A DNA stretch of 64,000 bases, taken from NCBI GenBank assembly GCA_951406725.2, contig OX597818.1:53630001-53694000 (forward strand). The letters are read 5' to 3'. This document shows positions 27,675 to 39,845 of this stretch, piece after piece; the stretch's first letter is position 1, and each line of letters opens with the position of its first letter. Position numbers and translations under genes: made by a program. The stretch is from Octopus vulgaris (lineage: Eukaryota). The notes beneath the pieces are model-generated. The model had not been told where the DNA came from, did not search any database, and saw only the letters and a program-made list of their open reading frames with translations.

Positions 27675-27795
27675 CCACTTAGAGAGTTTGTAAAAGGCAA
27701 ATAACCTCATTCAGATATCTGAATTACTGGGAACGCCTCCGCACACTTTATCACTACACTCTAGAACACCAGCCGAGACATCAAGCTCTTTTACA
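27675..27795 (+). pseudogene. CR1-like LINE ORF2 fragment
   Basis: LESL...[17 protein letters not shown] resembles the CR1 motif Y.ERL..L.L.SLE.RR. Confidence 0.5.
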
Positions 27796-27799
27796 TTCA

Positions 27800-28212
27800 C
27801 ACATACATACATACATACATACATACATACATACAAATATATATATACATATATATATATACATAAACATACATGTATGTTTGTATATATGTATATATAC
27901 ATATATGTATGTATATGTATATGTATATATATATATGTATGTATATGTATATGTATATATATATATACATATATGTATGTATATGTATATATATATATAC
28001 ATATATGTATGTATATGTATATATATATATATACATATATGTATGTATATGTATATATATATATACATATATGTATGTATATGTATATATATATATACAT
28101 ATATGTATGTATATGTATATATATATATACATATATGTATGTATATGTATATATATGTATACATATATGTATGTATATGTATATATATGTATATGCATAT
28201 ATATATATATGT

Positions 28213-28271
<59 letters not shown>

Positions 28272-28480
28272 TATTTATGTATGTATATGTATATATATAT
28301 ATTTATGTATATATATATATATATATTTATGTATGTATGTATATTTATGTATGTATATGTATATATATATATTTATGTATGTATATACATATATGTATGT
28401 ATATACATATATGTATGTATATATGTATGTATGTATGTATGTATGTGTATATATATGTATGTTTGTATGTATGTATGTAC
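27800..28480. repeat. Compound CATA/TA/TATG microsatellite with a 32-34 bp higher-order unit
   Basis: Unit CATATATGTATGTATATG(TA)n repeated about 8 times. Confidence 0.93.
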
Positions 28481-28912
28481 GATTGTGTGTGTCTGCAGCA
28501 CCGTAAACAGTTGGCCACGTGCCTTTGCTATAAATAATGTATGCACAAAAAAGTAACAGATATATCAAATAGCTTGAAATACACATCTACCTGAAGCCTA
28601 CAGGTTGATAAAGCCAAAATTTATTCGGATTTTCAAGGCGTTTTGGCTGAGAGTGCATGACTTCTCCATGAATGGAATCCCAATTCTCCGCTCAAAAGTT
28701 AAGTCCCCACCCGTCCCCAGTTGCCACTGGTACATTTAGTTGAGAATAGTGGAACAATGTAAAATGAAATGCCTTGCCCAACGTCCCTACGTACCGCCCG
28801 GTACAAGAATAAAATCCACGACCCACGTTTCAACCACGAGGCTATCGGCCTTCATACAATCTAAAGAACTCATCTCTTCTTCCTTAAGCTACAGGACTAT
28901 CTCTACAAAGCA

Positions 28913-29268
28913 TCTATATATATAAACGGCAAAATGTCTGCGTGTGTGTCCTTTATACAAATCCACAATTTTTCAGTTAGAGGGCTCGCACTTTCTATGG
29001 TCATTCAAAACCGTCCAAGGGTGGTCGTGCACATCTTTACATTTCCCCAGTCACCCCGCAAAGCCATTAAAAAATCAATGACTTTTTTGTGAATTTTCTA
29101 TCCAAAACCCAATCAAAATGCCCGAAACTTGATACGCCAATTGAATGCCAGCTAGCTGTATGTGATTGGTCGGAGATTTGGACAGTACTCACGTGTATCT
29201 GCACACGCATGCAGCTGTATATGCATGCACTAGCACTCTAACCCGGCGTTGCCAGGTCATAGTGCTAG
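28913..29268 (+). mobile_element. Non-autonomous Helitron
   Basis: A|TC 5' end, subterminal hairpin ACCCGGCGTTGCCAGGT, CTAG|T 3' end, no TSD. Confidence 0.8.
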
Positions 29269-30039
29269 TCTGTTATATAAGAGAAAGAAATACAACTTCA
29301 TCTGAAGATTGGGTTTCCATCAGATGGTTCAGATACAAAGTCAGATTTGTATGTCTTGAAATATCCTTTATCAGCACTAATCTTATTATCTATTATTCTA
29401 TTCAAATAAGACAATCAATGACTTCACATTCTAAGAAAATATATCGCAGGATTAGTTCAGTCTCTCGGAGTTCAAGTCAAAAACCCATGGAGGTCAAATT
29501 TCCTATTTCGGGTTGAGAACAGCGGATTGGCTGTCGTGTGAGAACATCCTAGTCATGCATATTCTCTCAGTATGTATTCACATTTCTTATTTTTTAGTCA
29601 GAAAGGAAGTCAGTGCCCATGACTATTTTACACGACCTCCGAGATTGATGGCAGGGAAGAAATTATCCTCACCCTAGAGATTTCGCTTGAATACTTGCAA
29701 CATAGTAGACTTTCCTAAAGGCGCCTAAATTGATTAGTTGGTGATGTTAAGCAGGACGACAAGGTGTGTCTACCACTCATGCAGAACATTGAGGAATTTA
29801 AACTCAGACCGCGAAATGCTGCAGCAAATTCCGCAAGGCTTCTAGTCTGAGGTTCTCACAGTTACGCCAATCCATCAACCTCGATTTGTACTTTTTTTTA
29901 TCGACGTCGAAAATTATGAAAGACAAAGTTGGTCTCGTCAGGATTTGAACTCAGAATGCACTGGGTCACAAGAACTCCTCCCAGACATTTCATCTGGTGC
30001 TCTGACAGCTCTGCTGCCAATTCTCTGCTTGTTCTTAAT

Positions 30040-30490
30040 TGTTCTCTTAATCCGTTGTGTCATTCTAATTATTCTTATTCTCTTAATCTGCCTTTCATCC
30101 TATCATCCTAATGCACCAATTTAATAGAACATGTACTTCCAATCCGTTGTTTCATTTTAATATTTCTTGCTCTCTTACTCTGCTGTTTATTCTATCATTC
30201 TAATATACCAGTTCCATACGTCGTTCTTCCACTCTGTTGTTCCATTTCAGTAATTCTCATTCTTTTAATCTGCTTTTTATTCTGTCATTCTAATGTACTA
30301 TTCCCTTAATATATTGTTTCATTCTAACAATCCATTTCCTTTCACTATTTCTCCTCATATTAATATTCGTTCTCTTAATCTTTCATTCCATCCTAATATG
30401 ACTCGTTCTTTTAATCTGTTGTACGATTCTGATAAAACCTGTTTCTCTCAATATATTATTCCCTTCTAGTGAGACTTTATCTTTCAATCT
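30040..30490. repeat. Degenerate pyrimidine-rich minisatellite
   Basis: AATCYGTTGTTTCATTCTAAT-like motif recurring every 80-93 bp, with shorter subunits. Confidence 0.6.
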
Positions 30491-31860
30491 GTTCTAAATT
30501 ATCTTTTTTTAGAAATTAGAAATAATTTAATAATTAATCTCGAAGCGGAAACTTCATTGGTTATGAAGATAAGACATAAAAAGTTAATTGCTTCCAACAA
30601 TGAAATATTTCTGCGTCTAATTTAAAGTAAAAATAAATAAAAAGAATTATATAAAAAAAGAATAAATATGCAAGGTTACAAACAAAAGCAAATGTGTATA
30701 CAAAAGGAAAACATGAGTCAAAGAAAAATTCTTAATTGTTATTATATTTGTTTTACTAACATATTTTGTTAGTAATGCCTTCCTATAATGTTGATGTTCT
30801 TCGTGTTATTTTAGACTCACAGGATGGGATAAATGATAAGCAAGTGTGTGTTTCACCAAGCGTAAACTTCTCAGCTGAAAGGGCTGCCTGCCGAGAGCAA
30901 AAGCTGCAAGCAGTTAAGTTATATTTGTACTGAAATAGATGTTAAGAAAAGAAAGCTTTCCAAAAGATATGTTAGTCATTTCTCCTGCAATAATCGTAAT
31001 GTTTGATAAGTTTCGTTAAAATGTGGTTCCGAGGCGAGAATAGCAAATATTTGACTCTGAGGGCAGCTGATCAGGAATAGCTATTTTGCTAACGGTTATT
31101 TTCTGTCAGGAATTGGAAATAAAATTATCCCTTTTATTTCATTTATAACTCATACCTTGAGGCAATAAATCATCCAAAAGACTGCAGCGCCATCTTGTTT
31201 AATAAGTGGAAATTCTAAATACACTTGGACTAACCCAAAGAAAACGACCTGAAAGCATCTGCAATTATTCGACCATCTGAAAATATATTACAAGAAACTG
31301 AAACGAAATATTATTAGCATTGAATTGAATAGAAGCTGTAATTATTATATATTAAACAGATTGGTTCATTGGTGATGTGACGAAGGAAGAAGAGAAACAT
31401 ACAGAACTTAACTCCTGCTATTCATATTCGCTGCCTCGAAATAATTCAGCCATTTACATTTATAAGAAAAACTACAAGGAATTCTGAAAGCGGCAATAAG
31501 TTGCAATGGGATAAATATGACTGCAGATATGCGAACTGAAATCAATTATGAATGAAATATTATTAAAAACATTTAGGAGTGGAAATAAACAGCTACCGCT
31601 CTTTATTAGTTCTCTCTGCCAATACATTCCTTATTCATATCTTCTATTTTTATATCGCCTCTCTTTTCACCTTGACACTTTCATTTCAACATGTTAAAAA
31701 TACTGCTATACACAATGTTCCAGAGACACAAATAGATCTCTCGTCTCCATGTTTCTGGCCGAAAATGATTTTAACATATTTCACAAGTATGTTTTGAGTA
31801 GTAGCAGTAATACAGTGACTTTAACATAAATCATCAATACTTCATACAGATAAAATTAGT

Positions 31861-32092
31861 TATTTCTTTATTACCCACAAGGGGCTAAACATAGAGGGGA
31901 CAAGCAAAGACAGACAAAGGGATTAAGTCGATTATATCGACTCCAGTGCGTAACTGGTACTTATTTAATCGACCCCGAAAGGATGAAAGACAAAGTCGAC
32001 CTCGGCGGAATTTGAACTTAGATCGTAGCGGCAGACGAAGCACCGCTAAGCATTTCGCCCGGCGTGCTAACGATTCTGCCAGCCCGCCGCCT
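31861..32092 (-). mobile_element. SINE family A monomer
   Basis: TSD CATACAGATAAAATTAGT. Confidence 0.9.
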
Positions 32093-32437
32093 TCTCATAC
32101 AGATAAAATTAGTGGCGGATTGCCTGAATCGTTAGAGCATCAGGCAAAATACCATGCAATATCTAGACAGGCTCTTTGCATTTTGAGTTCAAATCCTGCC
32201 AAGGTAAATTTTGATTTTCATCTTCCCGGGTCAATAGAATAATGACATTTTCCCAGAAAACACGTTAGTTCATTAAATCGATCAGTACTTGATTGGTAGT
32301 TTATTTTCTCGGTCTAGAAAAATCAAAGAGCAAAGTTGTCTTCTGCCGGGTTTGAAACCATAATGTATACAGCCGGAATAAACGCCACAATGTATTTGGT
32401 CAATCATACAAAATGCTTTGCATTATTTGTTCCGAGT

Positions 32438-33010
32438 AAGGCGGTGAGCTGGCAGAAACGTTAGCACGCCGGGCGAAATGCGTAGCAATATTTCGTTTGC
32501 CGTTACGTTCTGAGATCAAATTCCACCGAGGTCGACTTTGCCTTTCATCCTTTCGGGGTCGATAAATTAAGTACCAGTTACGCACTGGGGTCGATGTAAT
32601 CGACTTAATCCGTTTGTCTGTCCTTCTTTGTCCTCTCTGTGTTTAGCCCCTTGTGGGTAATAAAGAAATAGGTATTTCGTCTGCAATTACGTTCTGTATT
32701 CAAATTCCGCCGAAGTCGATTTTGCCTTTCATCCTTTCGGAGTCGATAAATTAAGTACCAGTTACGCACTGGGGTCGATATAATCAACTTAATCTGTTTG
32801 TCTGTCCTTGTTTGTCCTCTCTGTGTTTAGCCCCTTGAGGATTGTAAAGAAATAGGTATTTCGCCTGTCGCAACGTTGTGAGTTCAAACTCCGCCGAGGT
32901 CGACTTTGCTTTTTATCTTTTCGGGGTCGATAAATTAAGTACCAGTAAAAACGCTGGGGTCGATGTAATCGATTATCCCCCTCCCCCAAATTTCAGGCCT
33001 TGTGCCTATG
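32438..33010 (+). mobile_element. SINE family A trimer (last unit has the older tail)
   Basis: Two young units joined to a variant ending CCCCCAAATTTCAGGCCTTGTGCCT. Confidence 0.87.
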
Positions 33011-33185
33011 TTCTGGTTCTTTGTATTCTAAGTTCAAACCTCGCTGAGTTCAATTTTGCCTTTCATCCTTTCAGAGTCTATAAAATAAGTACCCGCCAAA
33101 TACTCTTAAATTCTTCCTGGTTCGTGTTTTTATTCTGCAGTTATTCAGAAGAAACATGCTGCTCTTTGAGGCATTGCAAATGCAA

Positions 33186-33550
33186 ATGTGTGTCGTAAGA
33201 AGCTTGCTTCACAACAACAGGCCGACCAAGGCCTTGTGAGTGGATCTGGAAGACGGAAACTGAAAGAAGCTCGTCGTATATGTATATATGTATATATATA
33301 TATATGTATGTATGTGTGTGTGTGTTTATGTGTGTGTGCTTATGTTTGTCCGCACCCCCACGCCATCGCTTGACAACTGATGCAGGTGTGTTTATGTTCC
33401 CGTAACTTAGCAGTTCGGCAAAATAGACCGATAGAATAAATACTAGGCTCACAAAGACTACTAAGTCCTGGCCTCGATTTCCTCGACTAAAACCCTTTAA
33501 GGCAGTACTCCGGCATGACCGCAGTCAAATGACTGAAACAAGTAAAGGAA
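33186..33550 (+). mobile_element. SINE family B (internally deleted)
   Basis: Similarity to family B. Confidence 0.8.
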
Positions 33551-33567
33551 TATAAAATATAAAATAT

Positions 33568-33747
33568 TGACTGCGGCCATGCTGGAGCACCGCCTTTAGT
33601 CGAGCAAATCTACCCCAGGACTTATTCTTTGTAAGCCTAGTACTTATTTTATCGATCTCTTTTGCTGAACCGCTAAGTTACGGGGCATAAACACACTAGC
33701 ATCGGTTGTCAAGCGATGTTGGTAGGGGGACAAACACAAACACGCAT

Positions 33748-33802
<55 letters not shown>

Positions 33803-33983
33803 CACATATATACGACGGGCTTCTTTCAGTTTCCGTCTACCAAATCCACTCATAAGGCTTTGGTCGGCCCGAGGCTACTGAGGCTATAGTAGAAGACACT
33901 TGCCCAAGGTACCACGCAGTGGGACTGAACCCGGAACCATGTGGTTGGTAAGCAAGCTACTTACCACACAGCCACTCATACGT
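33568..33983 (-). mobile_element. SINE family B
   Basis: Reverse complement of family B. Confidence 0.88.
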
Positions 33984-34762
33984 CAATATAAAGATTTTTT
34001 TTTGCTTTTGTTGAAACCTCTCATTAAATAAACCTATAACCAAAGACGTGGTCATCCAGAACTATAATACATTGCGTCCGTCTTCACTAAAGCTGTAGTG
34101 CGTAATTTGAGGGATATTTTAACTGTTGTTGTCTCTAGCTGGTCATGTGACCACACTGAGGCTGCCTACAGGTTTAATGTTGCAAATTATGGTGCCCGTT
34201 AACAACCAGTATTTCATCAATCCAGTAGGAACGAGTGCCATCTCGGTGTAAACTGAACTCAAGTCGTGGACTTAATTAATAACTCTCTCACAAATGCTGT
34301 CAATTTACATTCGTGGTGTCAAAATGAAAAGTTGTACGCCATTAGTTCGTTCCTGTCAACGGGCTGGTAAAATAGAAAGATGAAAGCCCCATATTAATTT
34401 TCGCAATTGTTACAGAAATAATACGCTCCAGGACATGAAGCAGTAGCAATTGATATATTTAAAATGTCATCAACCTATGTACATTATTATCCAACTTGCA
34501 GCTAATTACTTTTCTGATATTGCCCCTGGCAATATCTCTTAGATTATATGTCTATACAGACATTCAATACATGTATGTATACACACGAGTGTTTACAGCT
34601 AAACCTCTGTGATTACAAGAGTGTTTATATCTGTAACTATATGTATCATTTGTATGATAATATATGCTTGCACACATATACATAATTGAAAGCTAGATTT
34701 GAACATCGGAATGGAACGATGTACGAAGAGATTGTACGTGTTTACTAGTATACGTCAATACC

Positions 34763-35512
34763 TATTTCTTTACTACCCACAAGGGGCTAAACACAGAGTG
34801 GACAAACAAGGGCAGACAAACGGATTAAGTCGATTACATCGACCCCAGTGCGTAGTAACTGGTACTTAATTTATCGACCCCGAAAGGATGAAAGGCGAAG
34901 TCAACCTCGGCAGAATTTGAAATGAAGACGTAAAGACCCGTGAAATACCTATTTCTTTACTACCCACAAGGGGCTAAACACAGAGCGGACAAACAACGAC
35001 AGACAAAACGGATTAAGTTGATTACATTGACCCCAGTGCATAACTGGTACTTAATTTATCGACCCCGAAAGGATGAAAGGCAAAGTCGGCCTCGACGGAA
35101 TTTGAACTCAGAACGTATCGACACGCGACATACCTATTTCTTTACTACCCACAAGAAGGGGCTAAACACAGAGGGGACAAACAGGACAGACAAACGGATT
35201 AAGTCGATTACATCGACCCCAGTGCTTAGTAACTGGTACTTAATTTATCGACCCCGAAAGGATGAAAGGCAAAGTCGGCCTCGACGGAATTTGAACTCAG
35301 AACGTATCGACACGCGACATACCTATTTCTTTACTACCCACAAGGGGCTAAACACAGAGGGGACAAACAAGGACAGACAAACGGATTAAGTCGATTACAT
35401 CGACCCCAGTGCTTAGTAACTGGTACTTAATTTATCGACCCCGAAAGGATGAAAGACAAAGTCGGCCTCGGTGGAATTTGAACTCAGAACGTAACGGCAG
35501 ACAAAATACGGC

Positions 35513-35515
<3 letters not shown>
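34763..35515 (-). mobile_element. SINE family A tetramer
   Basis: Four units; adjacent units share private variants. Confidence 0.9.
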
Positions 35516-35544
<29 letters not shown>

Positions 35545-35832
35545 ACAGCAACATGTCACAGTTTTCATCAGAATCGTTTGCAATGTGTCTGAAAAGAAAA
35601 CAGAAATTACATGTGTAAAATTGAGTTGCGTGCATATATACACGTTCGCACATACTTACGGAAGAGTGCGAGCGCGCACGGATACACAATTTGGTGAGGC
35701 AATGCTCGATGGTCAAACAGGAGCTGACGAAGCAAGAGAGGATATAACGAAGAGTTTTTTTGCAGAAACATGGAATTTCCTCTATAAGAATGTTATTGTT
35801 TTGCCTGTCAATGACATTCTCGGTGCAAATAC

Positions 35833-36072
35833 ACTTTTACTCTTTTACTTGTTTCAGTCATTTGACTGAGGCCATGCTGGAGCACCGCCTTTAGTCGAAC
35901 AGATCGATCCCAGGACTTATTCTTTGCAAGCCTCGTACTTATTCTATCGGTCGCTTTTGCCGAACCGCTAAGTTACGGGGGACGTAAACACACTAGCATC
36001 GGTTATCAAGCGATGTAAACACACCAGCATCTGTTGTCAAGCGATGTTGGGGGGAAAAACACAGACACACAA

Positions 36073-36110
<38 letters not shown>

Positions 36111-36335
36111 TTATATATATATACAAAATTTAGAGGACTGGCCACTAAAAGTGTACAGCCTATATGCCATTTTCCACGAAAAATGTGTTTATATATATAT
36201 ATATATATATATTTATATACATATATACAATAGGCTTATTTCAGTTTCCTTCTACCAAATCCACTCACAAGGCTTTGGTCGGCCCGAGGTTATAGTGGAA
36301 GACACTTGCCCAAGGTGCCACTCAGTGGGACTGGA
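35833..36335 (-). mobile_element. SINE family B
   Basis: Reverse complement; 26-bp internal duplication. Confidence 0.85.
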
Positions 36336-36538
36336 AATGTCCCCCTCAGTTTTGTTTTGTCTTTCTTTTATTCGTTCCAGACCATCAAAATAAGACAATA
36401 ATATTGTTTATATCAATGTTCTTTCACATCTTGTTCATTAAGTTCGTTTGTCAAAACAAAAACAAACAAAATCATTACTAAAACCATGCTTAAAAGTTAT
36501 AACAGTTCAACATGTGAATATATATATATTATGCTATA

Positions 36539-36931
36539 CTAGCAGGATCGCCCGGCGTTGCTCGAGTTTGGTTCGACCCTTTAGAATTGGAATTTTTGAA
36601 AAGTAAAAATTTTGCATTATGTCGCTTGTTATTCTCTTTAAGTGAACATTTTTCTGGTTGAAATACACTGAATGATGGCGACACAGCAGTCAAAAAAATC
36701 GTTAAAAATAGAGATTTTCATAGAAAAAAGGCACCTTTTTGATGTAAATAATTTTTGGTGTTAACATGGTTCGATTTGAATTTTTTCTTCTACGAAAGGA
36801 AGAGCAAGCCTTCTTCTATCATACTCTCAATTTTGGTCAACTTGCGCCGCAGGGTCTCGGAGGAGATAGTGTTAGTTGAAGTCTACCAAACCTGCCATAC
36901 ACAGACAACTTCAGCTTTATATATAGAGAGA
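36539..36931 (-). mobile_element. Non-autonomous Helitron
   Basis: Minus strand A|TCTCTCTATATATAAAGCTG ... CGAGCAACGCCGGGCG hairpin ... CTAG|T. Confidence 0.8.
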
Positions 36932-37887
36932 TTTATATAGTTATTACTGGTCTGATATGTTTTAGCGCAGCCGTTTTAACATCACCGATTTCGCGTCGCT
37001 GATTCGAAGTTGCCTTTTTTGACATCAGACGTTTTAATCTGTCTCTCGTTTCAATCTCTCTCTCACTCTCTTGTTCTCCCTTTCCCTCCTCCTTTCTCCC
37101 TCAATTTTTCTATAGCTCCCTCTCTCTCTCTCTCCATTTTTCTTTCTCTCCCTCTCTCTCTGTATAAATATCTATTTATATTTGAAGGGATGTGTAATGC
37201 CTCTCCTCCCCTATTCTCTCTCTCGCTTACTCTATCTATATGAGTACATTTCTGCGCGCACGCCTACATGTGAGTGTGTGCATTCCCCCAGTGCCAAAAA
37301 TAACAGGTTTAATGTCCAACCAGCCATGCTCAATCATATCTTTCTGTGTAATTTAATATTGTCTATCTTCTAAATTGTTTATGAAGAAAGTAGGTGGAAG
37401 ATAAATAAATCAAACATGACCCTGAAGTATCACGTCAACGAACATAGTTTATTCAGATTTCATTACAGTACTAATAATAAACAATACTTAATATCGTTCC
37501 CGCTTCTTTTCTCTTTTCTATAAATTTCAAACCTTGGTATTAAGTTTCAAAAAAAAAACTTTATTATCGTCTATCTTAATCGTTTGCTTGTTTCTGCCAT
37601 TGGACTGCGGCCATACTGGAGCACCGCATTTGAGTGCTTAGTTGAAGAAATTGACCCCAAAATTTATTTTTTCAAGTCTGGTCATTTATCTGTCGACGTC
37701 TTTTACCGAACCGCTAATTTACGGGGAAAATAAACAAACCGACATCGGTTGTCAAGTGATGGCGTGGGACAAAAATAGACACAATGACACACATACACAC
37801 AAACGCACACACATGTACTTACTTTCTATCAAATTCACTCACAAGACACGTGTCAGACCGAGACTACAATAGAAGACGCCGGCCCAA

Positions 37888-38143
37888 AGTAAAGGTAAAG
37901 TTACCTTTTCGAGTCATACCGACTCACAAGGGCCGGTTTCCGGTTTCATAGCATATATATTCCCCATCTAGACGGGACGCCAGTCCATCGCAGCGTTACT
38001 CATTTTTGCCTGCTGAGTGGACTGGAGCAACGTGAAATGAAGTGTTTTGCTCACGAACACAATGCGTCGCCCGGTCCAGGAATCGAAACCACAATCTTGC
38101 GATCATGAGTCCAACACCCTAACCACTAAGCCACGCGCCTCCA
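37888..38143 (-). mobile_element. SINE family D nested in a decayed family B copy (37585-37887)
   Basis: Tail GAGTCGGTATGACTC hairpin plus TTTACCTTTAC; GCCCAA(A/G)G repeated on both flanks. Confidence 0.82.
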
Positions 38144-38497
38144 CATTTGCCCAAGGAGCAGCGGAGTGAAACTTCTTAACAACATAGTAATGTCTGCATC
38201 TATGATTTATCCAATTTTTAAAAAAATTTTCATCTTTGAATTCATCAAAATTGAAACACGTTCCGTTATTACATAATTTTTTTAAATGAGAAATTCCTGA
38301 ATAGAGAAATGGGACTTTCTTAAAAAGAAAAATGCTCATTTGGAACTCTAAACTTTTCAACTATTTCTATTATGACGTAATAATAGTCAGATTTTTATAA
38401 TAAATGGTTTGACGTAATAAAAGCCTAATTTGCTTTACAAAAGCATCCTTATCATGTTTAGATTTCATTTCATATCTTCAGCAATTCAGTTAATACC

Positions 38498-38731
38498 TAT
38501 TTCTTTACTACCCACAAGGGGCTAAACACAGAGTGGACAAACAAGGACAAACAAACGGATTAAGTCGATTACATCGATCCCCAGAGCGTAACTGGTACTT
38601 AATTTATCGACCCCGAAAGGATGAAAGGCATAGTCGACCTCGGCGGAATTTGAACTCAGAACGTAGCGGCAGACGAAATACCGCTTAGCATTTCGCCCGG
38701 CGTGCTAACAATTCTGCCAGCTCGCCGCCTT
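38498..38731 (-). mobile_element. SINE family A monomer
   Basis: TSD CAATTCAGTTAATACC. Confidence 0.92.
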
Positions 38732-39439
38732 CAATTCAGTTAATACCAACGTTGGAATCATATAGGCTGTGTCTTATTTATTAGCTCTATCACATTATTG
38801 ATGAGATAGTCTCTTGTCTGCACTACACGTAAAAAGAACAAATGATGGACAAAAATCACTATACATGCATTAGACATTCTTTATTCAAGAAGTACAATCT
38901 TAAAAGCTGAATTGCATAATTTCCCGCTAAGCGTTCTGATTTCAGGTTTTTCTCTCGGCAAACAGATACAAAACGGTACAAGCATGCGTTCGTTTGCCTT
39001 ATCAAATATGTAAGTACGTGTCATACATGGAAATTAAAAAAATTAAATCGTATGATATCCGGTTAAGAGTTCAGTAAGTACGGGTTTTTCTCTTGTAGAA
39101 TATTCACATGTCAGCGTTTACATGTATGTAAATGGACGCTATACATTGAAATCTTAAAAACCGAATCGTTTGATATCCTGGAATGGATTTAGTGTAGAAT
39201 TTTCTCTTAATGTATGTAGACATCACAACATATTTTTACAGGAAGAAAAAAAGAGAAACATATTTTAAAATTAGAAAGGATCAAATAATCGAGAAAAAAT
39301 TCATTGTTAATACCAACGTTGGAATCATATAGGCTGTGTCTATTTATTAGCTCTATCACATTATTGATGAGATAGTCTCTTGTCTGCACTACACGTAAAA
39401 AGAACAAATGATGGATTGTACTTCTTGAATAAAGAAGGA

Positions 39440-39845
39440 AACAAAGAAAAAGAACAAAGGTGGGATTAGGCAACAGAAGATGGTGGGGTGAGATAACGAG
39501 ACCAAACGGTGTGTTCAGCCGCGCCTCGCGGACATAATTGCAAAGAGGTTGCCGTGGAGAATGGCCAGTGACACTCGATGCAACAGCCTTCCCACCTCGC
39601 GGGCTTCATTTCTCAGATGGTCCCCAGTTATACCGATTTTGAGGAAAAAATTAGCAGTGTGGGGTTCAAGAACACTTGGGGTCTCCACAGCGACCAGCAC
39701 AAACTGACAGCGGCCGATTAGGCCCCCTCCTGCAATTTAGTTGTCACTCCTCTTCATTACAGGCAATGATATCCGGGTTTGCAGCCGATGTAGCAAGATA
39801 AGAGCCGGAGAATATGTCGTGACACATCGCATCACAGATTGGGAA
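39440..39845 (-). mobile_element. CRE-like non-LTR retrotransposon 3' fragment (restriction-like endonuclease region)
   Basis: ICDAMCHDIFSGSYLATSA...E...FVLVAVET...F..KIG...LLHRVSLAILHGN resembles the CRE-type RLE C-terminus (WDATC...AVET.G...QR.S.AIQRGN); one stop and one frameshift. Confidence 0.72.

Noticed and set aside
34940-35389. Recurrent ORF motif WYLIYRPRKDERQSRPRRNLNSER
   Set aside because: Antisense translation of the SINE A core; frames are not preserved between copies
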